Source of the DNA: a virus
IMG/VR virus record: IMGVR_UViG_3300045988_060868
Coordinates: 1 to 31,994 of that record
Reading direction: 5' to 3' (one strand)
DNA: 31,994 nucleotides
Below, in pieces: positions 8,666-17,995 of the stretch. The notes below the pieces were generated by a model. It did not search any database. It was given only the letters and a program-made list of their open reading frames with translations, and was not told the origin of the DNA. The translations under genes were made by a program, and so were the position numbers. The first letter of the stretch is position 1. Each line of letters begins with the position of its first letter.

Positions 8666-10210
8666 TTAATCATCAGGCACCCAGTCGGCGTACCTGTTAA
8701 GACCCTTTGCGATTAACTCAGATTTAATCTGTGCTGACGATACCCCTGACGCTTTTAACTGGTTGATTCTATCAGCAACTTGTTGTTGCTCTTCCTCGGA
8801 GTACGTCGGGTTAGCTAAACCCATAGACGTTCTAAGCTTAGCATAATACGGGCTTTCAGATTCGTCCTCTCCGGGGTGACTTGATTGCCATGCCTTATGT
8901 AACGTAACGAGGTTTTTTACGGCTGCATTTTGTTGTGCTGCTCTCGCCGTTGCCGCTTTTGTCGGGTCAACGTATTTACCAACATACTTCATTGAACCGT
9001 CAGCCCCTACCATGTAGGCCGTACCGTCATTCATAACCTTGATATTTTTCTTACCGAAATTGCCAAGGTTTTGTATTTTCCCGTCATCGGTCATTACGAA
9101 CATTTGGCCGTTTTGTGCTTGCTGCATGTTGGATTTTGCGTAGTTGCCAACATCGTCAATTGTGCCTTGGGTCATGTTGAACCGGGCAACGTGTCCGTTA
9201 CTCATCTGTTGGAACTTGTAATCATCATGCAACGCATAAATGCTATTGAGGTTGTTCATGTCAATCTTTTCAGCACCTATCTTATTAGCATAGTAATTGT
9301 ACCTATCGACGGCTGCGGCTATGCCCTTAACCTTCTGCGAATTATACGTATCAACAACCGTATTACCGTCCTTATCCTTAGTGTAAATAAGGCTCTGTAT
9401 GATTTGATTACGCATAGGTGCAAGAACGTTATCGGAGAACGCATTAGCCTGTTTGGTGTACTCGTTATTCACATCGGTATTATAGAGTTCCTCGGCGATC
9501 CCCTTCGCGGTTTTAAAGTCCATACCAGATTTAACGAGGGTCAATACATCTGCCCCTAGCCGCTTCCGTGCGTCCTTTATAATGTCGCTCTTATTCGGAA
9601 CTTGATAGCCCGGCTTGTCCTGTTGCGTCTTGTTATCCGTATCGGTGCTATCTACCTCGCGGGACGCATTACCGAAAAAATTCGGATTCCCCGTTACCAT
9701 GCCAAAATACCCTTGCGGCTGTTGGGGTTGTTGGCCAAATCCCCATAACCCGCCACGTTGATTAAACGAAGGTGTCGAAGAAAATGCAGCCGGTGCCGCC
9801 GTCGTATCGGCATTACTGTTTTGTATCGGCTGTGCCGTTGTCGGTGTAGGTGCTACAGGTGTGGCCTGTGCAGCTTGAGTAATAGGCGTTGTGTTCTGAC
9901 TTTGTCCAAATCCCCACAATCCACCGCTTCCATTGCCTATTTGACTACGAAGGGAATTACTCATATACTGCCCCGCATTAAATTGCGAAGCGGGTAATGA
10001 CTGATTCCATAATCCGTTGCGTCCGTCATCTACAACGGCTGTTTTGTCTGCGGCCTGTTGCTGTCCATTTCCACCACCGCCAAGAACATTATTAAGCCCT
10101 TTAGCCATGTTGTTTTCGTTTAGCTGTCCCAGTCTATGGGTTGCGTACATTCCCGCAAGCTTACCAAGTGCCGCCCACGGCTCAAAGTCCTGTAAATAAA
10201 TCGTACTCAT
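8666..10210 (-). CDS. N/Q/G-rich virion protein with FG-like repeats (putative internal/ejection protein)
   Basis: N-terminal ~190 aa are low-complexity (GGGGNGQQQ, two copies of GGLWGFGQ, a PT-rich linker), then a globular C-terminal domain. Size and position parallel P22 ejection proteins. No motif recognised. Confidence 0.5.
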   Translation of the reverse strand: MSTIYLQDFEPWAALGKLAGMYATHRLGQLNENNMAKGLNNVLGGGGNGQQQAADKTAVVDDGRNGLWNQSLPASQFNAGQYMSNSLRSQIGNGSGGLWGFGQSQNTTPITQAAQATPVAPTPTTAQPIQNSNADTTAAPAAFSSTPSFNQRGGLWGFGQQPQQPQGYFGMVTGNPNFFGNASREVDSTDTDNKTQQDKPGYQVPNKSDIIKDARKRLGADVLTLVKSGMDFKTAKGIAEELYNTDVNNEYTKQANAFSDNVLAPMRNQIIQSLIYTKDKDGNTVVDTYNSQKVKGIAAAVDRYNYYANKIGAEKIDMNNLNSIYALHDDYKFQQMSNGHVARFNMTQGTIDDVGNYAKSNMQQAQNGQMFVMTDDGKIQNLGNFGKKNIKVMNDGTAYMVGADGSMKYVGKYVDPTKAATARAAQQNAAVKNLVTLHKAWQSSHPGEDESESPYYAKLRTSMGLANPTYSEEEQQQVADRINQLKASGVSSAQIKSELIAKGLNRYADWVPDD

Positions 10211-11688
10211 TAGGCTTCTCCTTTCTTATTGCCTTTCTTCTTTTCGCCTTCGCTCAAGGCCTGTAATTCGTCCTGGCTAATGCCTTCGGCTAAGATACCG
10301 TTAGCATAAAACAGGTTATCCCCGTCACATTCAAGTTCATATACCGTTTCTGCAATGCCTGTATCTTCCTTGCTTGTGACCTTTTGCCAACCGTGTACCG
10401 TCATAATAGGCTCACCAACTTCGACTTCAGATACAAGCTTTAAGCCGTCGTTAGTAAGCACCTTTTCACTGGCGGTAGTAACCACACCTGTATCTTCCGT
10501 GTTAAGTCGTACCGTCGGAGATTCTCCCATTTCGTGCATAGCAATAACGTTAAGCACTTTCCCAAGGGATACAACCTTATCACCTGTAATAACTTCTTCA
10601 ATCGGCTTACTTCCTTCAACCGTTGCCACTTCTGTACCTTTCGCAAAACAAAATCCGCTCATAAATCCTCCTAAAAATCCGCCGCTTCCTTGTCGCACTG
10701 TCGTTTGTGCGGGTGCGGCTAATCCATAACGTCCTTGCATGTAGGCTTTTAACAAATCCTCATTATCAGAATTATTAAGCTGTGCCATGGTGTAATAATC
10801 TTTAGCCGGCTGTATTGCCGCCTGTTGCGTCGAACTACCTGTACTAATCGGAGCGGCCGCCAACCCTTCACGCTGTCCGACAAGTCCCGCAGCTGTTCCC
10901 GCATTGTTCACCTGATTGGCGTATCCCTGATTCATTAACGCCGCCTGATTCATAATTCCAGACTGTTGGTTATTGAATTGGTTGCCCCACAAATTCATCT
11001 TTGCCCCAATGCCATTCAAAGCATTGGTATAGGCTTGATTGTTGAGGTTAGCCGCCGTATTAATATCTTGGGTGTATTGTGCTGCCAGTGCGTTCGTTGC
11101 GTTTTTGGATATGTCATTGATAGCACTGTCAGCCTGTGAAGAGTTGATAATCCCGCGACTGGCCAAGCCTGATAACGTATTGCCAACGGTACTTTGCAAG
11201 TCATTGTTTAAAGCCGTCTGCCGTGCCTTTGCGTACGCTTCAGGGATATTGCCTTGGGTAATGTCATTCATGGCAGCCTGATTCTTTAATACCGCTCCAT
11301 TATACTCATTGGCTAAGCTATCGGCGTTATTTACCATTCCGTCCGTTGCCGCTCCAAGTTGTTGAGCGTACTTTGTATTATCCGTAAGGTTTCTTGTCCC
11401 CGCGGATGATACTTGATTTTGCAGTGCCGCTAGTGCATTCTGGTTGCCGTTGTTGGCAGCCAAGTAATTGTTATACATGTCTTGATAATTCGGCGTTACG
11501 GCGTTATTTAATGCCCCGTCTCCCATGCCCTGAAGTCTATTAGCACTAGCGTTTGCCCCGTTAATCCAGTTTAACTGATTCTGAAGTAACCCTTTTTCTT
11601 CAACGCTTGCTTCAGGCAGATGGGCTTCAGTGTGCGATACTTTAGACTTTTTACCGCCACCGCCGAAAAGCTGTAAGTTAAATATCAT
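10210..11688 (-). CDS. N/Q/A-rich virion protein ending in a C-terminal Hint (Hedgehog/intein-like) autoprocessing domain
   Basis: Residues 347-469 (nt ~10282-10650) show GGFMSGF|CFAKGTEVATVEG (Hint block A, C-F-x-x-G-T-x-V), IMTVHG (TxH-like block B) and VYELECDGDNLFYANGILAEG (intein block F). The terminal HN is replaced by EG. ATGA-type overlap with the next gene. Confidence 0.7.
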   Translation of the reverse strand: MIFNLQLFGGGGKKSKVSHTEAHLPEASVEEKGLLQNQLNWINGANASANRLQGMGDGALNNAVTPNYQDMYNNYLAANNGNQNALAALQNQVSSAGTRNLTDNTKYAQQLGAATDGMVNNADSLANEYNGAVLKNQAAMNDITQGNIPEAYAKARQTALNNDLQSTVGNTLSGLASRGIINSSQADSAINDISKNATNALAAQYTQDINTAANLNNQAYTNALNGIGAKMNLWGNQFNNQQSGIMNQAALMNQGYANQVNNAGTAAGLVGQREGLAAAPISTGSSTQQAAIQPAKDYYTMAQLNNSDNEDLLKAYMQGRYGLAAPAQTTVRQGSGGFLGGFMSGFCFAKGTEVATVEGSKPIEEVITGDKVVSLGKVLNVIAMHEMGESPTVRLNTEDTGVVTTASEKVLTNDGLKLVSEVEVGEPIMTVHGWQKVTSKEDTGIAETVYELECDGDNLFYANGILAEGISQDELQALSEGEKKKGNKKGEA

Positions 11689-11697
11689 GTTTATCTC

Positions 11698-12141
11698 CTA
11701 TAAGGTGCGTTCAAGGCTTTCTTTGTTCGTTATAAGGACCTTATAATCCTTCCCGTAATAAGTGTAGTCATAGGCGGGTAGCCGTTTCATATCCCACTTT
11801 TTGACAAATCCATTTACGCTTTTTCGTGCCGTAGCCGTAACGATTGTATCAAGTTTATTCTTATCCATTACGTCTACAATGAATTTCCCGATTACTTTCA
11901 TGTTGCCGTATGTCTGTAAAATGCTAAACACGCGTTCCCCATGTTCTTCGTTAATTCCCCAGAATATGAACCCTTCGTTAGGAAAGAAGTTAAAATATTG
12001 AAAGGTATCATCTCGGAAGTGATTACCTTCGTCAAAGAAAAAGCCATCAAATGAAACCTTTTCACCCGTTCGCCGTTCATAGTCTTTTACCATGTCTTGT
12101 AAGCTGTCTGTTTTCATGACTATACCCCCACGGCGATCCAT
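11698..12141 (-). CDS. Hypothetical virion-associated protein, possibly a tail fibre assembly/chaperone (likely start at MKTDSLQD, ~12117)
   Basis: ORF immediately downstream of the fibre-like gene. No recognised motif. Assignment is by position only. Confidence 0.35.
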   Translation of the reverse strand: MDRRGGIVMKTDSLQDMVKDYERRTGEKVSFDGFFFDEGNHFRDDTFQYFNFFPNEGFIFWGINEEHGERVFSILQTYGNMKVIGKFIVDVMDKNKLDTIVTATARKSVNGFVKKWDMKRLPAYDYTYYGKDYKVLITNKESLERTL

Positions 12142-13520
12142 TGCATTGTTGCCGTCGCAAGAAGCATTCCTTTAATCGTGGCATGAACTTCATACGTGAA
12201 ATCGGTTTTGTTCATCTCGCGGGCAAACACAGAAGCGGCTGAATTGCCCCAAAAACGTCCGTACGCTCCATCGGCAACAGGTGTAATAGTAAACCCCATC
12301 CATAAACATTTATCACTAAAAGCCGTGGCGAATGTTTGCCGAGGAAATATCATCGGGTCGTTACGAGTGTCGGGCTGTTCCCCCACCTGTCTTTTACCGC
12401 CCTGTATGGTAAAGTTATGAAACGCCTTACCAAACTTCATATACCACAAGTCGGGGTTGGTCGTATTAAAGTCCATACCTATAGACGATAAACCAGTATT
12501 ACCTAACGCCTGTACAACGTCATTGCCATCTTTAATGTGAAGAGCTGAAATAATCGAATTAACAGCCCCTAGCGAAACGCCTAATGATAAATTAGCGTCC
12601 TCGGTATTACTTGTAATAATGTTGACGCTGTCAATTATGCCGCTTCCGTGCGTTACCTTTAATTTCCCGTTGTCATAAGCCGCCGACTTTACAAACCCGT
12701 CAAATATCGGCTTATGTGCGGCCGTGTCGCCTTTATGATTGGTTAAGTCACTTCTAACAGCGTTATCAGCGTCGTTTATATACTTTAACGTGTCATCCGC
12801 TAACTTTGCTTTGGTTACGGATTTGTCCGCAAGGTTTACCGTCTTTACTTCTCCGCTTCCAATGCTTACGGATTTTATGCCCTCGTTAGCAATTTGCGTA
12901 CTTGTAATAGAGCCTGTCGCAATGCCGCTTCCGTTCATGCTCGGCTGATAATATTTAATGGTCTTTACGCTTGCTCCGTCCGTTGTTACTTCGGCAATAA
13001 GTACACGTTGTTTACGTTCCCATTGGGATCCGTTATATACATACATCATGTCCATAATGTCGTTGTAGTACATGGCGTTTAAAACGGTGTCAGGCGGCGT
13101 TGACTGTCGCACCGGCTTTACGGTTGTACTGCCATAACTTACGGCACCGCTTCCAGTCCGCTCTACATATATGTACTGCGTTTTATTAGGCAGCAAACTC
13201 CAAGCACTCACCTTACTATCAATAGACGCCACGTAATCAACTGCCCCAAACTCGTTATACCCGTCTGCAAACGATACAATTACGGGCGTTTGTGTTCCGT
13301 CGAGCGTTACGCCTAGGTTATCCCCTGTTAAAAAGGAATATTCCCCGTTGCTTATCTTGCCGTTAAGAAATCTATTGCGGAGACCCGTCGCACCGCCGCC
13401 GCTTTTTAGTTCTACTGTTCTAGCGACTTCTAATATTTCGTCCCGGTTCTTCTTAATACTTTGCCGCACTGTATCGCCTTGAGGCGTTATATCAAGTGCG
13501 TATTTTTCTTTATATGCCAT
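12120..13520 (-). CDS. Tail fibre / receptor-binding-like protein
   Basis: Fibre-like motifs (VNLADKSVTKAKLADDTLKYINDADNAVRSDL...GDTAAH) typical of phage tail fibre N-terminal repeats. S/T/G-rich. Follows the hub-like gene. Confidence 0.55.
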   Translation of the reverse strand: MAYKEKYALDITPQGDTVRQSIKKNRDEILEVARTVELKSGGGATGLRNRFLNGKISNGEYSFLTGDNLGVTLDGTQTPVIVSFADGYNEFGAVDYVASIDSKVSAWSLLPNKTQYIYVERTGSGAVSYGSTTVKPVRQSTPPDTVLNAMYYNDIMDMMYVYNGSQWERKQRVLIAEVTTDGASVKTIKYYQPSMNGSGIATGSITSTQIANEGIKSVSIGSGEVKTVNLADKSVTKAKLADDTLKYINDADNAVRSDLTNHKGDTAAHKPIFDGFVKSAAYDNGKLKVTHGSGIIDSVNIITSNTEDANLSLGVSLGAVNSIISALHIKDGNDVVQALGNTGLSSIGMDFNTTNPDLWYMKFGKAFHNFTIQGGKRQVGEQPDTRNDPMIFPRQTFATAFSDKCLWMGFTITPVADGAYGRFWGNSAASVFAREMNKTDFTYEVHATIKGMLLATATMQWIAVGV

Positions 13521-13523
13521 AGG

Positions 13524-14945
13524 CTATACCTCTTCATATGTGTAATCCAATTGCCGTAAGGAAATAGCTCCCTTTTGCACATGGATTTTAAACTGTACGT
13601 TACGATTAGCACCGCCGCCGATTTTATATACTTTCGTGTACTCGTTAACGTTTAACTTATCGTCCGCACTAAAAGTACGTTCATCGGCGTAATATGTTCT
13701 GGTTGATTTACTAGCAAACGTTACAGGCTTCGGTGTCTTGTCCGATATTTGTACGCTACCGTAGCCGTCTATCAGGTTATGAGTTACGAAATTGTAATTC
13801 ATAATAAGAACGAACAGCCGCATTGCAAGCCTGTTTCCGCTTACTATAGACGTTTCTATTTGCTGTCCGTCGTCTAAGTCTGTACGGTCATCAAGCACCC
13901 CTATTTTATTGCCGTACGCAACGTAAATGTTCTTATTCACGTCCACCACATCATGCACGTCATGAACAAACTGCCGTGACGTAAACACTCCTCGGCCGTC
14001 CTGATACCTCGGCAAGTAGTGATACAGGAAAATACCGCCGCCGTTATGCGGCTTAATCCATAATTGCTTACGGCTCGGACAATGCCACATCTCGCAATCT
14101 TTTCCAACGTAAGTAAGTAGATAAGAGTTAATGTTTAACCCTGTTTCAAACGGTTGTATCTCTGCGTATGTGTTTGTCGGCATGAACGACATTAAGCCCT
14201 GTTCTCCAAGGTAATAACTTCTATCGTCTATATTAATCGCCGAACCACTACAAAAACCCGTGCTAGACAAAGGGTACACGGATAAATTCCCTTCGTCAGG
14301 GGTTCCAACAACCTGATAAACCTTTCCGTATTCCTTGTAAACGATAATTGCACGTGTTAGAAAATCGACGGCAACTATTGCCCCTTTGTCTTTGTACCCA
14401 ACATCTAAATACTGCCCGCTTGAGCTGTCGTTTTTGTTATTCTCCCAACTGTGGTAATCGCCAATAGCCGACCACGTTAGCCGATGAGAATAAATAGACG
14501 CAACGAGAACACGACCCGCATGGCTGTTTACAATCTCACAAGACGGAGAGCCGTCTACCGTCGATAACTCACCCGTTCCGCTTATGGCTTGTAGCTTACC
14601 GCCGCTTGCGATGAGAATATCACCGCTGTAAGCGTGATACTTCGGCTTGTGCTGCCCTGTGAGCGTTCCTAATCGCTTACGTGTTTTTAGATCCGTTTCG
14701 TATAACTCTGTTCCGTGTGTAAAGTACCATTTGTGCCGGTACACGTCGTAATATAACGTGTCTATCGACATTCCCGCGTCGTACGCAATGGTTACCCCTG
14801 ATACCGTTCTTAAAGCATTGTCCGTTCTATCAAACTCGCAATTCATTGCCTGAGTAAGTGCCTGTATATCAATCCCTTCAGGTGGATTGCTCCAGTCAAG
14901 GCCAAGCCTATATCCGTTTGTACTTGCTATTGCTCGTTCGCCCAT
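13524..14945 (-). CDS. Tail hub / tail-tube-like structural protein (P22 gp10-like by size and position)
   Basis: 473 aa, third gene after the major capsid gene, the same position and size as P22 gp10. No sequence motif recognised, so the call is positional. Confidence 0.4.
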   Translation of the reverse strand: MGERAIASTNGYRLGLDWSNPPEGIDIQALTQAMNCEFDRTDNALRTVSGVTIAYDAGMSIDTLYYDVYRHKWYFTHGTELYETDLKTRKRLGTLTGQHKPKYHAYSGDILIASGGKLQAISGTGELSTVDGSPSCEIVNSHAGRVLVASIYSHRLTWSAIGDYHSWENNKNDSSSGQYLDVGYKDKGAIVAVDFLTRAIIVYKEYGKVYQVVGTPDEGNLSVYPLSSTGFCSGSAINIDDRSYYLGEQGLMSFMPTNTYAEIQPFETGLNINSYLLTYVGKDCEMWHCPSRKQLWIKPHNGGGIFLYHYLPRYQDGRGVFTSRQFVHDVHDVVDVNKNIYVAYGNKIGVLDDRTDLDDGQQIETSIVSGNRLAMRLFVLIMNYNFVTHNLIDGYGSVQISDKTPKPVTFASKSTRTYYADERTFSADDKLNVNEYTKVYKIGGGANRNVQFKIHVQKGAISLRQLDYTYEEV

Positions 14946-15457
14946 TACGTAAGCCCTCTAGACGCCTTGATTAACTCCGTCAAGTGGTCAATAAACCCTT
15001 TATCATAATTAGCGTAATCAATCATTAGCGACTTCTTTTTAATCAAGAATGAAATAAGTTGTACCAGATACGACGTAAAAAACTCGCTAAACGGAACGGC
15101 TGAATCCATGGAATTTATATGGTTCTTTCGGATACTGTAAAACACGTCTTGCACGTCCTCACCGTCATATGTTGAGAACAGTCCGTTTACAATCCGTATG
15201 GGATACCCGCTTTTAGGTACAAAACCCATAAAGTTGGTAGGAACGTCGCTATTGTTCGTTACCGTCATACTCTTAACCACTTCATTATCACGAATTGCAA
15301 CCAGTATCATAGAGAGGTAATCAATGCCAGCGTTTATATACTGAATGTAGTCATTGTTATCATCCAGTATTTCGTTGCTTTCTACACTAATCAGCGTAAT
15401 CAGTTCTTGTACTGTCATAATCCCAATACCCCTTAGAAAGAACATAGCCGCTTTCAC
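14945..15457 (-). CDS. Head-tail connector/adaptor-like protein (weak gp6-like N-terminus)
   Basis: N-terminus MTVQELITLISVESNEILDDNNDYIQYINAGIDYL loosely resembles Phage_connect_1 head-tail connectors. Positional support only. Confidence 0.35.
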   Translation of the reverse strand: MKAAMFFLRGIGIMTVQELITLISVESNEILDDNNDYIQYINAGIDYLSMILVAIRDNEVVKSMTVTNNSDVPTNFMGFVPKSGYPIRIVNGLFSTYDGEDVQDVFYSIRKNHINSMDSAVPFSEFFTSYLVQLISFLIKKKSLMIDYANYDKGFIDHLTELIKASRGLT

Positions 15458-15947
15458 TATCGGAACTGTTATTAAGCGACCGTAAGGCCTCTATCATGCT
15501 TCCTGTAATTCCGGATACGTCTATGTTCATAATGCGAGCAACCATATAATCAACTAAAAGAGTTTCAAGTTCAGCAGGGTAATTGCTGTTATCATCGAAT
15601 TTTTTATACTCTGCCGAAGGCACATAATCGACGGATATATCTTGTTCTTTATCGGCTTTAAACTTCACTGTCTGTAAATTTAGAACATGATACCCGCTAA
15701 CCTCTTGCCCGTCTGCCGTAACCTTTCTAATTGCCACGCACTGATTAGGTAGAAAAATTTGCCCGACTCCTCTATCTTCATACGTAGTGACTCCAAGGCT
15801 AGGGCAATATTTCCCCATGAGCGTGTTTAGTAACTGGTTACCCTCGTTATAAAACTCTAAAAACTGATAAGGCGTGTATGTCTCTTGTGACGTATCGCCA
15901 ACTTGCATATACGCCCTATTAATTAAATCTCTAACTCTCATATACAC
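15387..15947 (-). CDS. Head completion / tail adaptor-like protein (P22 gp4-like by size and position; start ambiguous, GTG 15947 or ATG 15941)
   Basis: 186-aa ORF directly after the capsid gene and its terminator. No motif recognised. Confidence 0.35.
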   Translation of the reverse strand: MYMRVRDLINRAYMQVGDTSQETYTPYQFLEFYNEGNQLLNTLMGKYCPSLGVTTYEDRGVGQIFLPNQCVAIRKVTADGQEVSGYHVLNLQTVKFKADKEQDISVDYVPSAEYKKFDDNSNYPAELETLLVDYMVARIMNIDVSGITGSMIEALRSLNNSSDSESGYVLSKGYWDYDSTRTDYAD

Positions 15948-15957
15948 CTCATAAAAG

Positions 15958-15990
15958 AATAAGGGGAAAGGTTATCCCTTCCCCCTTTGT
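15958..15990 (-). terminator. Intrinsic terminator/attenuator after the major capsid gene
   Basis: Minus-strand: aaaGGGGGAAGGGataacCTTTCCCCttattcttttat. A GC-rich imperfect stem plus a T-rich tail, 13 nt after the capsid stop. Typical partial terminator after scaffold and capsid genes. Confidence 0.55.
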
Positions 15991-16002
15991 CCTTTGCGTT
16001 CA

Positions 16003-16974
16003 TTATCTTTCTACCGTACCGCCTGTAATAACTTGAATTACGCCGTAATCCTTGCCGTTATACTTCGACTTTTCAATACCCGCATACAAGGAAATTCCAT
16101 TGCCTTCACGGTTGCCATAGTCGCTAACCTGTTTAATCGGAGTAGCTTCTTTTGCAACCCCGAAGCATGCAGCCTGTTTGCCAAGCAACAAGTTATGGCA
16201 TACATTTGCACTGCTTGCCCCCGTAGTCGTGTTAAGGATACGTTCATATTCGTACAGGATAACGCCGTCGTATTCACCCAACGCACCCGTAAAAATCGGA
16301 TTTTCTCGTCCACGGACGTTTGCTTGTGCCTGAGCCTGAACCCATACGGGATCCGTTTTAAGGTCTTTAGCCGCCCAGGGCGAAACCAACATAATGTAGC
16401 GGTCTTGGCCGTCTACTTTTACAGGGTTCACCTTCGGAGCGTGAAGCATTGCTTTACGTCTTGCACGGGAAATCAAGGCACACGTTAATTTATCGTTTGC
16501 CGTCGTACCGGCTTCAGTACCAGCAGCTGAAGCGTAAATAACTTCTCCAGTTGTAGGGGAAGCGGTCAACTTCTTAATGAAGGTATCATCAAGCCAATCC
16601 GTAACCCACTGCTGAAGAGCCGGTTTAATAATCTGAAGGTTTTCATACGGGCTTTTCTGGTCATCAGCCACGAAGCGAGCGACAGCGTTACGAACAAGTT
16701 CAACGGGAACAGCGAAATCGTAAATGTGTAATTCTTCTTCGTGTCCGTCGAGTGTATTATTTCCCTTAATACCTTCGCCTGTGAGATTCATTGCAAGGCC
16801 AAAGTATACCTTATCGCCTTTAACGCCTTTTAATTTGACGTTCTTATGAATTACGTTGTTTCCGTTTGCGTCCGTAAACTTATCGAAATAAGACGCTTTA
16901 ACGCCTTCCGTCCATACTTTTGCAGCCCATACTTTCGGTACTAAATTAGCGGGAATTTGAATTTCGTTTGCCAT
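16003..16974 (-). CDS. Major capsid protein
   Basis: 323-aa ORF immediately downstream of the scaffold gene and upstream of a terminator, in the canonical terL-portal-scaffold-capsid order. Strong RBS (aggagat). The fold cannot be verified by eye. Confidence 0.6.
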   Translation of the reverse strand: MANEIQIPANLVPKVWAAKVWTEGVKASYFDKFTDANGNNVIHKNVKLKGVKGDKVYFGLAMNLTGEGIKGNNTLDGHEEELHIYDFAVPVELVRNAVARFVADDQKSPYENLQIIKPALQQWVTDWLDDTFIKKLTASPTTGEVIYASAAGTEAGTTANDKLTCALISRARRKAMLHAPKVNPVKVDGQDRYIMLVSPWAAKDLKTDPVWVQAQAQANVRGRENPIFTGALGEYDGVILYEYERILNTTTGASSANVCHNLLLGKQAACFGVAKEATPIKQVSDYGNREGNGISLYAGIEKSKYNGKDYGVIQVITGGTVER

Positions 16975-16985
16975 GTTTTTATCTC

Positions 16986-17909
16986 CTATTCAAGTAAATT
17001 ATCAAAATACTTGCGTACGTCTTCAGGAAGCTTGTCCGCTTCTCCGTTCTGATACGCTTCCAAAATTTCTTCATCGCTTAACTTCGGCGGCGTGTTATTT
17101 CCACCGCTTAACGCTCCCGCCTTCGGTAAGGTCTTGGCTACATCTAACGGACTGTCCTTTACGGTTGTTGCCGCCCGTTTGTTTTGTAACTCTTTTACGA
17201 ATTTACGGACGATTTCAAAATCCGCTTCCGTTCCTTCACCGTTGTCAATATTGGCGAATGCGTCGTTAATCGGTCTTGCGTCTTTTAGCGTCATTTCGTT
17301 AAGAGCTTCTACGCCGTCTTGATACAGTTCATTGAAGTTCGGGATTGATTTTATTTCATTCACAAACGTTTGATTCTTCTGTATCTGGTCGTATCGGCTG
17401 TGCATTTTATTAGAAACTACATACTCAATTTGTGTTTGCAGTCTCAAAAGGTCTTTGTATTTTTGTTCGTCTTCATACATTAACCCTTCCACGTCTTCAG
17501 CCTTTACCCCTAACCGCTTTAACGCTTCTTGCTTTGCAAAATCTCGGATATTAGCTATTTCCTGTTCAGGTAATGTAACGGGTGCTTGCTGTGCCTGTAA
17601 CGTCCTTGCCCGTTCTTCAGCCGCTTTACGCCTTGCCCGCTCTTGAGCAAGTGCCGCTTTTAAATTCTCGGCGTGTTCTTCGCCTTCGGCTTCTTTAGGG
17701 TTTTCGTCCTGTTCTTCAGGATCTTCAGACTGTTCAGGCTTTTCGCCGCTTTCTTGCGTTTCAGGTTCTTTACTGTCAGATTCTTCAGGTTTGTTCTGTT
17801 CCATTTCGCCTTTCACGACTTCCAAATCTTCTTGAGTAAAGCCCATTTCTTCAGCATTAACCATTTCATTGTTATCCATAGCAATATCCTTTCTGCCGTT
17901 TAACGTCAT
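16986..17909 (-). CDS. Scaffolding protein (likely start at MDNNEMV, ~17879)
   Basis: Highly acidic N-terminal third (EESDSKEPETQESGEKPEQSEDPEEQDENPKEAEGEE), then a long predicted coiled coil (AQERARRKAAEERARTLQAQQ). Located between the portal and capsid genes. Confidence 0.6.
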   Translation of the reverse strand: MTLNGRKDIAMDNNEMVNAEEMGFTQEDLEVVKGEMEQNKPEESDSKEPETQESGEKPEQSEDPEEQDENPKEAEGEEHAENLKAALAQERARRKAAEERARTLQAQQAPVTLPEQEIANIRDFAKQEALKRLGVKAEDVEGLMYEDEQKYKDLLRLQTQIEYVVSNKMHSRYDQIQKNQTFVNEIKSIPNFNELYQDGVEALNEMTLKDARPINDAFANIDNGEGTEADFEIVRKFVKELQNKRAATTVKDSPLDVAKTLPKAGALSGGNNTPPKLSDEEILEAYQNGEADKLPEDVRKYFDNLLE

Positions 17910-17995
17910 TGCGGGACGAAATAATTAATTGCAGTTTAACGCCGTTGCCGGGCGAATGTGGTTTATAATTAGCCGTTTAACGTCTTGCCAAGGAC
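17891..17995. repeat. Three ~25-nt direct repeats (consensus GCCGTTTAACGTCaTTGCcGG) in the portal-scaffold intergenic region / scaffold 5' end
   Basis: ctGCCGTTTAACGTCATTGCGGG (17893-17915), ttGCAGTTTAACGCCGTTGCCGG (17930-17952) and taGCCGTTTAACGTCTTGCCAAGG (17970-17993), spaced ~37-40 nt. Each contains a CGTTtAACG inverted core. Confidence 0.6.

Noticed and set aside
9758-9997. Plus-strand Cys/Arg-rich ORF (CRRKCSRCRRR...)
   Set aside because: It is antisense to the PT/Q/G-rich low-complexity region of the 8666-10210 gene. Other plus-strand track ORFs inside minus-strand genes (1588-1782, 2520-2708, 3041-3567, 4070-8518, 10355-10729, 11039-11281 and others) were rejected for the same reason.
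17673-17903. Plus-strand 76-aa Phe-rich ORF (FFRVFVLFFRIF...)
   Set aside because: It is antisense to the acidic Glu/Asp-rich scaffold gene (GAA/GAG read backwards gives TTC/CTC). It has no RBS and all neighbouring genes are on the minus strand.
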